64,000 bases of DNA from an uncultured Pseudodesulfovibrio sp. (GCA_963677845.1 OY782498.1:1431518-1495517); one strand, 5' to 3'; shown: positions 20,115 to 29,575, counted from the first letter of the stretch. A program made the numbers and translations. Notes: generated by a model not told the origin, from the letters alone.

Positions 20115-21060
20115 GACTTGCCCCCTTGCTGAGGTTATCCGCCTTTGCTTCCGCCATATCGTCGCCGCTTTCGGTCTGGTTCGGCTGGCTCCAGACCTTG
20201 TTGGCGATATCCCTCCTGACCCCAGCCGATATGGTCAGGTTTTTCTCGAATTGAATGGCCCCATCCTCCAGCCCAAAGGCTTCGCCCATCAATTGTGTCA
20301 GATAGAGAATGGGGATAGGTTTGGCTCCAAGTTTCTGCGCCTGCGACTGATATGCCTCAAGATTCATCTGGCACAATGGACAGACTGTAGCGATGGCATC
20401 CGCGCCCTCTGCGTCAGCGAGTATTGCTGCAACAGATTGAAGCGCCACATCGCGATGCCCCATCATGAGCGATGCACCGCAACATTTGTTTCCATGATCC
20501 CACTCATGCACGTCGGCACCCAAAGCCGTAAGAACTCGATGCATGGATGTAGGGTTCTTGGGATCATCAAACACCGGGTATGGTCGTAAGATCTGACACC
20601 CGTAATATGGGGCGATCTTCATGCCCTCAAGATTGTTGGTCACCTTCTGTTCAATAATTTTTGCCCCGACATCATTGATGAGAACATCGAGAATATGTCG
20701 TACTTCCACCTTGCCGGAATAGGTCAAACCGGACGCAGCCAGCACTTCATTCACCTTGCCATGTAGACTCCTGTCTCCAACTACTTCCTTGTTAACCTTG
20801 AGAAGGTTAAGATAACAGGCGGAACACGGCGCAATCACATCAATGCCATCAAGTTCCTTTTCAGTAAGAGCAAGGTTCCGTGCCGGAAGCGCATAATTCA
20901 TGAGCTTGCTCACAGGCTCGGCTGCACTCGCGCCGCAACAGGTCCAATCTGGAATTTCGATCAATTCGGCACCAAGATAATCCATGACTGCACGCGTAGA
21001 GATATCAAACTCCGTCGCACTTTCAGTCAAAGAACAACCTGGGTAGTATGCGTATTTCAT
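20107..21060 (-). CDS. hdrB: Heterodisulfide reductase subunit B-like protein (two CCG domains)
   Basis: MKYAYYPGCSL, DWTCCGAS, APCSACY, YYGCQ, CCGAS and CPLCQMN motifs. Confidence 0.85.
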   Translation of the reverse strand: MKYAYYPGCSLTESATEFDISTRAVMDYLGAELIEIPDWTCCGASAAEPVSKLMNYALPARNLALTEKELDGIDVIAPCSACYLNLLKVNKEVVGDRSLHGKVNEVLAASGLTYSGKVEVRHILDVLINDVGAKIIEQKVTNNLEGMKIAPYYGCQILRPYPVFDDPKNPTSMHRVLTALGADVHEWDHGNKCCGASLMMGHRDVALQSVAAILADAEGADAIATVCPLCQMNLEAYQSQAQKLGAKPIPILYLTQLMGEAFGLEDGAIQFEKNLTISAGVRRDIANKVWSQPNQTESGDDMAEAKADNLSKGASHV

Positions 21061-21623
21061 GACAATCCCTCCATCTCTCGCGCCTTGGCGAACATAGGCT
21101 TCAGCACTCCGCCCTGACCGCCACCCGGCATATGTACCTTGCCCTTGGCCATCATCTTCATACCCAGCGGTACAAACTTGAGCGGTAGCGTCGGGTTATC
21201 CATGCGTTTGAAGAAGTAATTGCTCATCATGCCCATTTCCTGCACCCGACCATGTGACTCGACGTTTTCCATGAACGCTCTATAGAACGCACTGTTCTTA
21301 CGTCCTTTGCCACTGAGCATGGCCAGTCTCTTCAGAGAAGCCATAACCGAAGTGAGTTTGAGACCTCGTGGACACCGCAGTGTGCAGGTGTAACAGGACG
21401 AACACATCCAGAAGGTATGACTCTCAAGTATCTCGTCGAGCATGCCGAACTGAATCATCCGCCACATGGCCCGAGGAGTGATATCCATAGCGAACCCATT
21501 AGGACAGGACGCGGTACAAGTACCGCACTGCATGCAGGCCCCAACTTCTTCCTTTAATTGGGCGAGCACGAACTCGATTTCGTCTCCGGCCGGGCTCCAT
21601 GTTTTTCTTACTGCTTCGCTCAT
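21057..21623 (-). CDS. hdrC: Heterodisulfide reductase subunit C-like protein
   Basis: Start moved to MSEAVRK (GGAGG RBS 8 nt upstream). CMQCGTCTASCP and CSSCYTCTLRCP motifs are present. ATGA overlap with hdrB. Confidence 0.8.
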   Translation of the reverse strand: MSEAVRKTWSPAGDEIEFVLAQLKEEVGACMQCGTCTASCPNGFAMDITPRAMWRMIQFGMLDEILESHTFWMCSSCYTCTLRCPRGLKLTSVMASLKRLAMLSGKGRKNSAFYRAFMENVESHGRVQEMGMMSNYFFKRMDNPTLPLKFVPLGMKMMAKGKVHMPGGGQGGVLKPMFAKAREMEGLS

Positions 21624-21648
21624 GGCGTTATTCCTCCATATTTCCGAA

Positions 21649-24600
21649 TTACGCCGGTTCTTCGAGTGCTGCGTCAATGACAGACATCATCGGCCCGTCG
21701 TGGAATCCTTTAAGGACCGTGGCGCTGTTGGGACAGACTGCTGCACAGGAACCGCAGCCCTGACACAGAATTTCGTCCACCTGAATCTGACCGAGTTCCA
21801 TATCAAGCACACGTGCTCCATATGGACAGGCCGCGACACACGCCTGACACAATGAACACAAAGAGTGTCGGACAGAGGCCACGACGGTTTCGCGGGCAAT
21901 GGTTTCTGCATTGAGAATTCTCAGTGCGCGTTGAGCAGCTGCCTTGGCAGAAGCGACAGATTCTCCCATTCGACGGGGAGCCAAACCTGTTCCGCACGCG
22001 TAGACACCCTGCTTAAGGAAATCCACGGGCCGCCACTTGAAGTCAGCTTCCTGATAGAAACCGTCTTCGTTGATCTCCACACCAAAAACTTCTTGGATAT
22101 CATCCATGTCATTAGGTTCCATGCCACTCGAAAGTGACAGGATATCCGGCCTAAGAACGATATTTTCTCTGAGAATGGGGTCGTAGGCCGTAATAACCGG
22201 TTTGCCTTCCTCAAATTTCACCTGTGGAGGTTCATCCTGTTCATATCGAATGAAGATGGCTCCGGCCTTCCGCGCCTGCGTGTAGTAGGTCTCAAGGAAA
22301 CCAGGCATCATGATATCACGGTAGAACACGTATATCGGTAAATCGGGGTTGCGCTCCTTGAGAGCAAGTACATTCTTAACCATTTCCGGGCAACAGACCT
22401 TGCTGCAATAGGTGCGGTCCTCACCGGGTTTGCGCCAACACTGAATCATGGCAACCGAAGAAAGTATGCCTGCATCAAGCTGACCTGTAGCTAGCTGTTC
22501 TTCCAATGCGAAATGAGTCATCACCGACTTGTGTACGCACAGACCACTTTCATAGACCTTGGCCTCGTGTGCGCCTGTAGCGAGAATGGATACACCATGC
22601 TCAAGCGGGAAGACTCCTTCCGGGCTGGCGATGGCTGAACGGAACCGTCCTGCACTGCCTCGAGACAGCACGACACGTGAATCCTTGAGCACCCTGATAT
22701 TTGGATGCTTTTCCACCTGTGCGATGAGTTCTTCCATGTACTTGTGAGGATCGGAACCATCAAGTTGTGTATGCAGTCGCATAGCCATGCCCCCGAGTTC
22801 TTCCTCGGATTCCACTAAACAAACTCCGTAACCCTGATCTGCAATGGACATGGCCGCTGTCATACCCGCCAATCCACCACCGACAACCAAGGCCGACCGT
22901 TCTACGTCAACCATATTAGGTGGCGGTGTTGGGTCGACTCCTTGCAACCGAGCAACAGCCGTGGACAAGGATGCGTAAATTTCCTTCTCCGCTGTTCGTG
23001 CGTCTGTTTCCGGGCCAAAGGTCGGTGTATAAATATCCACCACATCCATAAGTGCGGGATTGAGACCAATGGTCTTGCCCAATTCCTTGAGACGGGGAAT
23101 GTAGGCGTAAGGCATACACGCACCGATGATAATACGGTTCGGCTTAAACTCTATGGCCGCCTGTTCAATATCGCCCCACCCTTCTACGGTGCAGGCACTT
23201 CCTACACTTACAACCTTGCATACCGAATGCACATTAGCCATACGCTGACTCAGCGCCTCGATATCCACAGATTGCTCCAAAGTAGGACAGGATGCACAGA
23301 CTGCCACCAATGTACGAGGTGGCTCACGCGAAACGTCTGGGAACTCGGGGTCAAGTTCGTCCTCAATACCCGCCAGCACGTCATATGCCTTGATGATGCG
23401 GGACGCGGCTTGCGCTGCGGCCCCTGCATGAATCACGGATTCGGAGATGTCCTTGGGTTCACCAAACGCCCCGGCGGCAAAAATACCGACCGCGCTTGTA
23501 CGTTCCGGTGAATACGGTTGCGTATCTGCAAAACCCCATTGATTAAGATCAATGCCGATAGTTTGCGCGAAGGTGTCTGTATTCTTTGGCGGACGAGCGC
23601 CCACGGCCAAAACAACCATGTCATAGATTTCAGTGACCATAGTCCCGTCTTCGGCAAAGTACTCAAGCTTGATGTCCTGCCCGTTATCCGTCGGCAAGAG
23701 GGAATGAGGACGGCTGCGGACAAAACGCACGCCCTCTTCCTTTTCAGCATTGATGCGATAGCGTTGATACCCCTTTCCTGCCGTACGCATGTCCATGTAA
23801 AAGATGGAGGTCTCCACAGCACCATTGGTCACTTTTTTAGCGAGCAATGATTCCTTGATGGAAAACATACAGCATATACCAGAACAGAAGTCCGCATTCC
23901 TCTGCACATCGCGTGAGCCGACACACTGAATCCATGCAATCTTTTTGACGGGCTTGTCATCACCGGGACGCAACAACTTACCTCCGGTAGGACCGGTCCC
24001 GCTTAGAAGTCGTTCGAATTCTACCGCCGTGAGTACGCCAGGATGGTTATAATTCCAAATTTCCGACGAAGCGGAAGGATCAGTCTTCGGATCATAACAC
24101 TCAAATCCACCAGCCAAGACAATAGCTCCGACTTCCAGTTCCTCGACTGTGTCGGACAGAATACGCACGAATAATTTATCGAGCCACGGCACAAATTTCT
24201 TTGCAGTCAATGGCTTAGTCAAATATTCACGTGCACCCTGCATAACAAGAGCTGAAGCAGTCTCTTCCTGACTACTGTCTGCCAAAATGACCACTGGCAT
24301 ATCTGGATGAAGTTCCTGACAACGTGTCAGGACACGTTCAGCGTCCATGTCATTGATATTTAATCCAAGCAGGACAAGTCTGAATTGATCGGTTTCAGCG
24401 AGCTGATCCACAGCCTCACGCCCACTTGCGGTAAAATGAAGGGGGAAATTCTGTTCATCGAGACTTCCCTGCATCATTTCCTGAACCATTTCATCTCGAT
24501 CAACCACAAGGATATGAAAATCCTTGCGCTCTTCGAATTTAAAATCAATGGCCCCGGTAGGACACACTTCATGACACTTCCAACAACGCAGGCAGTTGTC

Positions 24601-25083
24601 CAAATCCAGCACATACTGATTGGGGATGGCGTGCGGAACCGGCAGATAAATAGCCGCTCGCTGTGTCAATCCAGCGTTGAATTCACTGTCCACACGCACA
24701 GGACACACCTCTGAACACTTGCCGCAACTGACACATTTCGTCGGGTCCACCAGAGGTGAAGTTCGGTTTAACGAGACAAAAAACTTGCCCGGTTCACCCT
24801 CAACTTCTGCCACCTCGGTAGAAAGAAGAATGTCAATATTATCGTGAAACAGCCCTTTGCGTAGACAATACTGGCTGGATGAATCTCGTGACATAAGCGG
24901 CAGCATTTTACACATACCGCAATGATCGGACGGGAATTGGTGGTCAAGTTGACTCAAAATTCCACCGTGATTTGGACGGCGGTCGATAAGAGCGACCTTG
25001 TGACCAGTAACAGCCAGGTCGAGGGCGGCGCGTATACCACCGATTCCTGCGCCTACCACCATTGCTCCGTATTGCTTCCTCAT
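21649..25083 (-). CDS. Giant HdrA-like flavo-Fe-S protein (HdrL-type, two HdrA modules) with an inserted CheY-like pseudo-receiver domain
   Basis: Start moved to MRKQYGAMVVGAGIGGIRAAL (GGGAGGA RBS). Module 1 has a GxGxxG motif, an inserted ferredoxin (CVSCGKCSEVCP, CLRCWKCHEVCP) and CVGSRD. A REC-like insert occupies residues about 190-310. Next comes an HdrA N-domain-like segment, then a second FAD module (VVGGGLAGMTAA), and finally a C-terminal 2x[4Fe-4S] region. Confidence 0.8.
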   Translation of the reverse strand: MRKQYGAMVVGAGIGGIRAALDLAVTGHKVALIDRRPNHGGILSQLDHQFPSDHCGMCKMLPLMSRDSSSQYCLRKGLFHDNIDILLSTEVAEVEGEPGKFFVSLNRTSPLVDPTKCVSCGKCSEVCPVRVDSEFNAGLTQRAAIYLPVPHAIPNQYVLDLDNCLRCWKCHEVCPTGAIDFKFEERKDFHILVVDRDEMVQEMMQGSLDEQNFPLHFTASGREAVDQLAETDQFRLVLLGLNINDMDAERVLTRCQELHPDMPVVILADSSQEETASALVMQGAREYLTKPLTAKKFVPWLDKLFVRILSDTVEELEVGAIVLAGGFECYDPKTDPSASSEIWNYNHPGVLTAVEFERLLSGTGPTGGKLLRPGDDKPVKKIAWIQCVGSRDVQRNADFCSGICCMFSIKESLLAKKVTNGAVETSIFYMDMRTAGKGYQRYRINAEKEEGVRFVRSRPHSLLPTDNGQDIKLEYFAEDGTMVTEIYDMVVLAVGARPPKNTDTFAQTIGIDLNQWGFADTQPYSPERTSAVGIFAAGAFGEPKDISESVIHAGAAAQAASRIIKAYDVLAGIEDELDPEFPDVSREPPRTLVAVCASCPTLEQSVDIEALSQRMANVHSVCKVVSVGSACTVEGWGDIEQAAIEFKPNRIIIGACMPYAYIPRLKELGKTIGLNPALMDVVDIYTPTFGPETDARTAEKEIYASLSTAVARLQGVDPTPPPNMVDVERSALVVGGGLAGMTAAMSIADQGYGVCLVESEEELGGMAMRLHTQLDGSDPHKYMEELIAQVEKHPNIRVLKDSRVVLSRGSAGRFRSAIASPEGVFPLEHGVSILATGAHEAKVYESGLCVHKSVMTHFALEEQLATGQLDAGILSSVAMIQCWRKPGEDRTYCSKVCCPEMVKNVLALKERNPDLPIYVFYRDIMMPGFLETYYTQARKAGAIFIRYEQDEPPQVKFEEGKPVITAYDPILRENIVLRPDILSLSSGMEPNDMDDIQEVFGVEINEDGFYQEADFKWRPVDFLKQGVYACGTGLAPRRMGESVASAKAAAQRALRILNAETIARETVVASVRHSLCSLCQACVAACPYGARVLDMELGQIQVDEILCQGCGSCAAVCPNSATVLKGFHDGPMMSVIDAALEEPA

Positions 25084-25111
25084 AACGTCCTCCCGAAACT
25101 GGGACCTGTCA

Positions 25112-26257
25112 TTAGGCCATGTGCGACACTGTGTCCTGGAACTCGTCTTCCTTGAAAACCGAAAGCGGCGGCGATTCTTCCAGACTTCTGCCCGGCTCAT
25201 AGTCAAAGCTCTTCTGTGTCCGAGCTGCGACAGTACGGAACAACTCCATTACGGGGATGCCGTTAGGACAAGCATTGGAACACTGTCCACACCCCACACA
25301 GGCCATGGACATATGCGCCATACGGGTCAGATGATAAAAGATGGTGTCGGTGGGCAACTTGAGACTTCCCTTACGCTTGGCCCAGCCCATGTACTGCCAC
25401 GGCTTATGTTCGAACACGTCAGTATTAAACACACATTCCTTGCAGTAGCAGACTGGACAGGCCACTCGACAGTTGTAGCAATTCACGCAACTCGACAGAT
25501 ACTCCGACAAATCCGACAGTGTTCCGGTAGCAGCCTGAGTTGCTTCAATCATGGCGTCACGATGTTCAGTACGGACCTTGATAAGCGATTCGAGTACCCC
25601 GTCGCGCCCATTGGTTTCCATGTCGGGCAATCCAAGGCTATTAAGCAAAGCTTCGCCTCGCGCACTGTCAGCCATGACAGGAATAGCATCGTGCAGATCT
25701 GCACCGGCAATTCCAATAACGATATCCGCATTGGTTGGAGCCGGGAATTCACAGGATTTACAGGCCGGAGCGATATCCACGCCGTTCAACGCAGTTTCAT
25801 TCGCTCCACCATGTTGCCCTTGGAAGGCGAGCGTCGCCTCAAACGAATCCCGATCACCAACAAAAGTCTTATAACCGGTGTTGTCGTAGGCCCCCATACA
25901 GTCCACTCCCACGATAATGACGTCGTCGAGACTACCCTGATTGAGTTTGACCAGCTCCACGAATGCACGAATCTCACAAGGTCGCATGACAACGGCAATG
26001 CGCTCGCCAGATTGCCCTCGTGTCAATCGCGAAAGTAGTTTTGCACTGTTCATGGGAAATGCCGGAGCTAATGGATCAGCACCTGAAAGTTGATCTGGAT
26101 CAGTTACCAGCGTGGGCATGGGAATTCCTTTGTCGAACAGGTGGACCGGTACCACAACTCCGCCTAACGACTCGTCTTCCAGCAAGCCGCGCAAAAAGCC
26201 CTGGATCGCCACAACCGGATTGATATTTTCAACTTGTATTTTCACAGTGGTCGCCAT
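25112..26257 (-). CDS. FrhB/FdhB-like Fe-S (flavo)protein with a C-terminal 2x[4Fe-4S] ferredoxin domain
   Basis: VVMRPCEIRAFVEL resembles the GxPCQIxA motif of the F420-hydrogenase/dehydrogenase beta family. CVNCYNCRVACPVC and CVGCGQCSNACP motifs are also present. Confidence 0.5.
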   Translation of the reverse strand: MATTVKIQVENINPVVAIQGFLRGLLEDESLGGVVVPVHLFDKGIPMPTLVTDPDQLSGADPLAPAFPMNSAKLLSRLTRGQSGERIAVVMRPCEIRAFVELVKLNQGSLDDVIIVGVDCMGAYDNTGYKTFVGDRDSFEATLAFQGQHGGANETALNGVDIAPACKSCEFPAPTNADIVIGIAGADLHDAIPVMADSARGEALLNSLGLPDMETNGRDGVLESLIKVRTEHRDAMIEATQAATGTLSDLSEYLSSCVNCYNCRVACPVCYCKECVFNTDVFEHKPWQYMGWAKRKGSLKLPTDTIFYHLTRMAHMSMACVGCGQCSNACPNGIPVMELFRTVAARTQKSFDYEPGRSLEESPPLSVFKEDEFQDTVSHMA

Positions 26258-26275
26258 GTCGCCACCTCCCAGTGT

Positions 26276-26704
26276 CTAAACCACGGCCATGGAACGCGCT
26301 TCCATGGGACCGAGTTCTCTGATTTCGTTAATGAAAGAATTTACCGTTTCCGCAAATTCATTCCCTTCACTCGCTCCCACCCAAGTCAGCTTGACGCGCT
26401 CCCGTTCAACACCAAACTGAGGCAGGATTTCATTGAGAAGCTTAACCCGACGCCGGGCTTTGTAGTTGCCGTTGATATAATGGCAATCACCGGGATGACA
26501 CCCACTGACAAGCACTCCGTCAGCCCCGGAAAGAAGCGACTTCACAATGTACTTAGGGTCCACCATGCCGGTACACATAACGCGTACTAATCGTAAATTT
26601 GGCTGTTGTACCATTCTCGACGTTCCGGCGAGATCTGCTGCGGTGTAGGTGCACCAATTGCAGACAAAAGCCAGAATGGTCGGTTCAAATTCACTACTCA
26701 TCAC
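26276..26704 (-). CDS. mvhD: MvhD/FlxD-like [2Fe-2S] protein (methyl-viologen-reducing hydrogenase delta subunit family)
   Basis: ILAFVCNWCTYTAADLAG, MCTGMVDP and VSGCHPGDCHY motifs; 142 aa. Confidence 0.85.
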   Translation of the reverse strand: MMSSEFEPTILAFVCNWCTYTAADLAGTSRMVQQPNLRLVRVMCTGMVDPKYIVKSLLSGADGVLVSGCHPGDCHYINGNYKARRRVKLLNEILPQFGVERERVKLTWVGASEGNEFAETVNSFINEIRELGPMEARSMAVV

Positions 26705-26710
26705 TGCCTC

Positions 26711-28735
26711 CTAGGCTTCGCCCGGTTGATTATCACTGACTGCCTCAGCTCTTTGTCCCTCGGCCTCAGGAGGCACAAGGTCAAACATCATGCCAAGCAT
26801 TCCGTCGATTTCATTGAATATCTGAGTCTGATTGAAGTGCTTGATCTGCGCGGCCCCACTTGGGCAATATCCTGCACAGCTGCCACAGCCCTTACACATT
26901 GCTTCGTTGATAACCGATATCTGTCGCCGTTCGTCAAACTCGATGGCTGAGTACGGGCACAGATTAATACACACCTTGCATCCGATGCAGACGTCCGGGT
27001 CGATCCACGAAGTTGTCGGAGATATGGAAACAGTCCCCTTCGCAGCAAGCGCAAGAGCTTGCGCTGCACCACCTGAAGCATGAGCAACGGCATCAGGAAT
27101 ATCTTTTGGTCCCTGACAGGCTCCGGCAAGGAACACACCATCGGTCGCGGTAGAAACCGGACCCAACTTGGGATGTTCTTCAAGGAAGAATCCATCCTGC
27201 CCTTGAGCCACACCAAATATACGGGCCACTTCAGTGACATCTTTACGCGCTTCCATGGCAGTGCACAGAATGACCATGTCCACAGGTACACGCACATTCA
27301 TCCCGAGTAAGGTGTCTTCACCAACGATCACCAGCTTGTCATCTTCTTCAACAACTTCAGCTGGACGACCCCGAATAAAGGTCACACCTTCCTCTTGAAC
27401 ACGCTTGAAGAACTCTTCGTACCCCTTGCCGAAGCACCTCATATCAATGTAAAAATTGTACACCTTGGTATCGTGTCCGACTTTATCCTTGATAAGATGG
27501 TCAAATTTGAGGGCGTACATGCAACAGGTGCGCGAACAGTATTCGTGATAGTTTTTATCACGGCTGCCCACACAATGAATTATGCCGACACTTTTGGGCG
27601 CCTCGCCATTCTTCAAGACAATCTTTCCCTCGGTGGGACCAACTGCGTTGTTAAGCCGTTCGAATTGTAACGCAGTGTACACATTGTCGAATCGACCAAA
27701 GCCGTATTCGTACAATGGTGTCGGGTCCATGGCATCGTATCCGGTAGCCAATACAATGGAACCGACATTAAAGACTTCATGAGTCTCCTTCATAGTATAA
27801 TCGATGGCTCCAGTAGGACATATGGTCTGACATATTCCACATTTATCTTTAGTAATCTTTTTACAGATAGAACCATCGATGACCGGCGTACTCGGCACGG
27901 CCTGTGGCGAATTCCGATAAATGGCCTTTCGCATGGAAAGCCCTTCGTTGAACTCGTTCAAAGCTTTGGTTGGACACTTTTCCAGACAGGCTCCGCAGCC
28001 GGTACAGACAGCTTCGTTCACATACCGAGGCTTGTGCTTCACGGTTACTGTATAATTCCCGACAAAACCTGAAACGTCCTCAACTTCACTCCAAGTCATC
28101 AGATTGATGTTCGGTTCCTGCGATACCGCTACCATCTTGGGAGTGGAGATACAGGCTGCACAATCCAATGTAGGAAATGTCTTGTCGAACTGGGCCATAT
28201 GCCCACCAATTGACGGACTTTTTTCAACCAAATGAACCTTATGTCCTGATTTGGCGATATCAAGAGAGGCCTGAATACCGGCGATGCCAGCACCAACGAC
28301 CATGACATCCGGCAGGACATCCACTTCGCGTGAAAAGAGTTTCTCGTGATCGCCCACTCTATCAACGGCCGCTTCGACTATATGCTTGGCCTTAGCTGTC
28401 GCTTCATCCGGATCAGCGGTTGTCCATGAACAATGTTCCCGAATACATGCGTGTTGCATGAGATAGGGATTTAACCCAGCCCGTGCACAAGCCTTCTGAA
28501 AAGTCTTTTCATGCAGACGCGGTGAACAGGATGCCACGACGACCCTGTTGAGCCCATATTCGCGGATATCCTTGATAACCATTTCCTGTCCCGGGTCCGA
28601 ACACATGAATTGGTAGTCTCGAGAGACCGCCACGTCCTTGAGTTTTCCGGCATACCTGGCCACGTCTTCGCAATCGACCTTTCCCGCGATGTTCGAACCG
28701 CAGTGACAGATGTATACTCCGATTTTGTTGCCCAT
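26711..28735 (-). CDS. hdrA: Heterodisulfide reductase subunit A (FAD, multiple Fe-S; electron-bifurcating type)
   Basis: N-domain GVYICHCGSNIAGKVD, VVGAGIAGIQASLD, inserted ferredoxin, CVGSRD, and C-terminal CIGCKVCINLCP/CKGCGSCAGYCP motifs. Confidence 0.9.
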   Translation of the reverse strand: MGNKIGVYICHCGSNIAGKVDCEDVARYAGKLKDVAVSRDYQFMCSDPGQEMVIKDIREYGLNRVVVASCSPRLHEKTFQKACARAGLNPYLMQHACIREHCSWTTADPDEATAKAKHIVEAAVDRVGDHEKLFSREVDVLPDVMVVGAGIAGIQASLDIAKSGHKVHLVEKSPSIGGHMAQFDKTFPTLDCAACISTPKMVAVSQEPNINLMTWSEVEDVSGFVGNYTVTVKHKPRYVNEAVCTGCGACLEKCPTKALNEFNEGLSMRKAIYRNSPQAVPSTPVIDGSICKKITKDKCGICQTICPTGAIDYTMKETHEVFNVGSIVLATGYDAMDPTPLYEYGFGRFDNVYTALQFERLNNAVGPTEGKIVLKNGEAPKSVGIIHCVGSRDKNYHEYCSRTCCMYALKFDHLIKDKVGHDTKVYNFYIDMRCFGKGYEEFFKRVQEEGVTFIRGRPAEVVEEDDKLVIVGEDTLLGMNVRVPVDMVILCTAMEARKDVTEVARIFGVAQGQDGFFLEEHPKLGPVSTATDGVFLAGACQGPKDIPDAVAHASGGAAQALALAAKGTVSISPTTSWIDPDVCIGCKVCINLCPYSAIEFDERRQISVINEAMCKGCGSCAGYCPSGAAQIKHFNQTQIFNEIDGMLGMMFDLVPPEAEGQRAEAVSDNQPGEA

Positions 28736-28757
28736 GGTTCCTCCATTCCTCGACGTG

Positions 28758-29027
28758 TCAACGACTGCTCTTGCCGCTGGTCAGTTCCAAAGTCAGTTCG
28801 CCCACCAGTTTTTTGAGTTCTTCATTTTCAGCGATCAACTCAGATTCACTCGAAAGATTTGGTCGCTTTTCAAAAATCTGATGGCATTGCTCCAGGAATT
28901 GCCCTCGCCACTTGTAATACTGTCCGGGTCGCAGGTCGTGGGAGCGACACAAGTCATTGACGCACCCTCCCATAAGGCCTTCCAAGACGATCTTTGCTTT
29001 TTTCCGTGCATCCCATTTGCGCCGCAT
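28758..29027 (-). CDS. Stand-alone IS3/IS911 OrfA-like HTH protein with no OrfB and no inverted repeats
   Basis: Start taken at MRRKWDARKKAKIVLEGL (GGAGG RBS). It has the HTH_Tnp_1-like pattern ..NDLCRSHDLRPGQYYKWRGQF.. and a leucine-zipper-like ELIAENEELKKLVGELTLEL. It ends 22 nt before the hdrA start. Confidence 0.6.
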   Translation of the reverse strand: MRRKWDARKKAKIVLEGLMGGCVNDLCRSHDLRPGQYYKWRGQFLEQCHQIFEKRPNLSSESELIAENEELKKLVGELTLELTSGKSSR

Positions 29028-29544
29028 TCGTGATACCTCCTTGCCGTATTCCCTTGTCTTCTCTTTTCCGGGGCGTTCACATGGAGAGTATGAGAGTGTC
29101 GCGCTACGCGAACCGCTTGAATATTGTTGCCCTTGAATCAGCAACCCCGCTTGAACCAAAAGGAAATTCATTTTCCCGGATATCCGCGTTACTCCCGGAC
29201 GATTCTCACTTGCTCTCTAAGAACAAGATGCGTACCGCTTTCGAGTTGTATAGATATTCTCGATTGATGGAGAGAGAGTCTATTGGCAGGCATGCTGTTT
29301 TCCCTTGAAAATCAGGCTAAAAACGTCTTCTCGTACAAGATAAGTCTTGCAAAACAAGACACATCCTCACCTTGAAGAGAGTCCCCTGCCATTCATAAGA
29401 TGAAATTATTTGCAAAAGATTGTGCGAGGACTCTCAAGAGTCTCTCATGCTTCAAAGAGCGTTGTGTGTCTTGTCAGACGAGACTTTTTAACTCTCTCAA
29501 AACGATATGTTTTTTTCTTCAACAATTTCAAGATGTAGACAGAT

Positions 29545-29575
29545 TTGACAATTCCCGCACAATTCATGGTATAAT
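29545..29575 (+). promoter_or_regulatory. Candidate sigma-70 promoter for the sigma-54 activator gene
   Basis: TTGACA (29545-29550), a 19-nt spacer, then TGgTATAAT extended -10 (29567-29575), about 40 nt upstream of the ATG. The spacer is longer than optimal. Confidence 0.35.

Noticed and set aside
29285-29304. Possible sigma-54 -24/-12 promoter between the activator gene and the hdr cluster. The plus strand reads TGGCAGGCATGCTGT. The minus strand reads GGGAAAACAGCATGC.
   Set aside because: The plus-strand version lacks the GC of the -12 element at the correct spacing. The minus-strand version has GG and TGC at the right spacing but matches little else of TGGCAC-N5-TTGCA. Another near-match at 29411-29427 (TCGCAC-N6-TTGCA on the minus strand) has the wrong spacing and CG in place of GG. 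All are too weak to call without a PWM scan or a mapped TSS.
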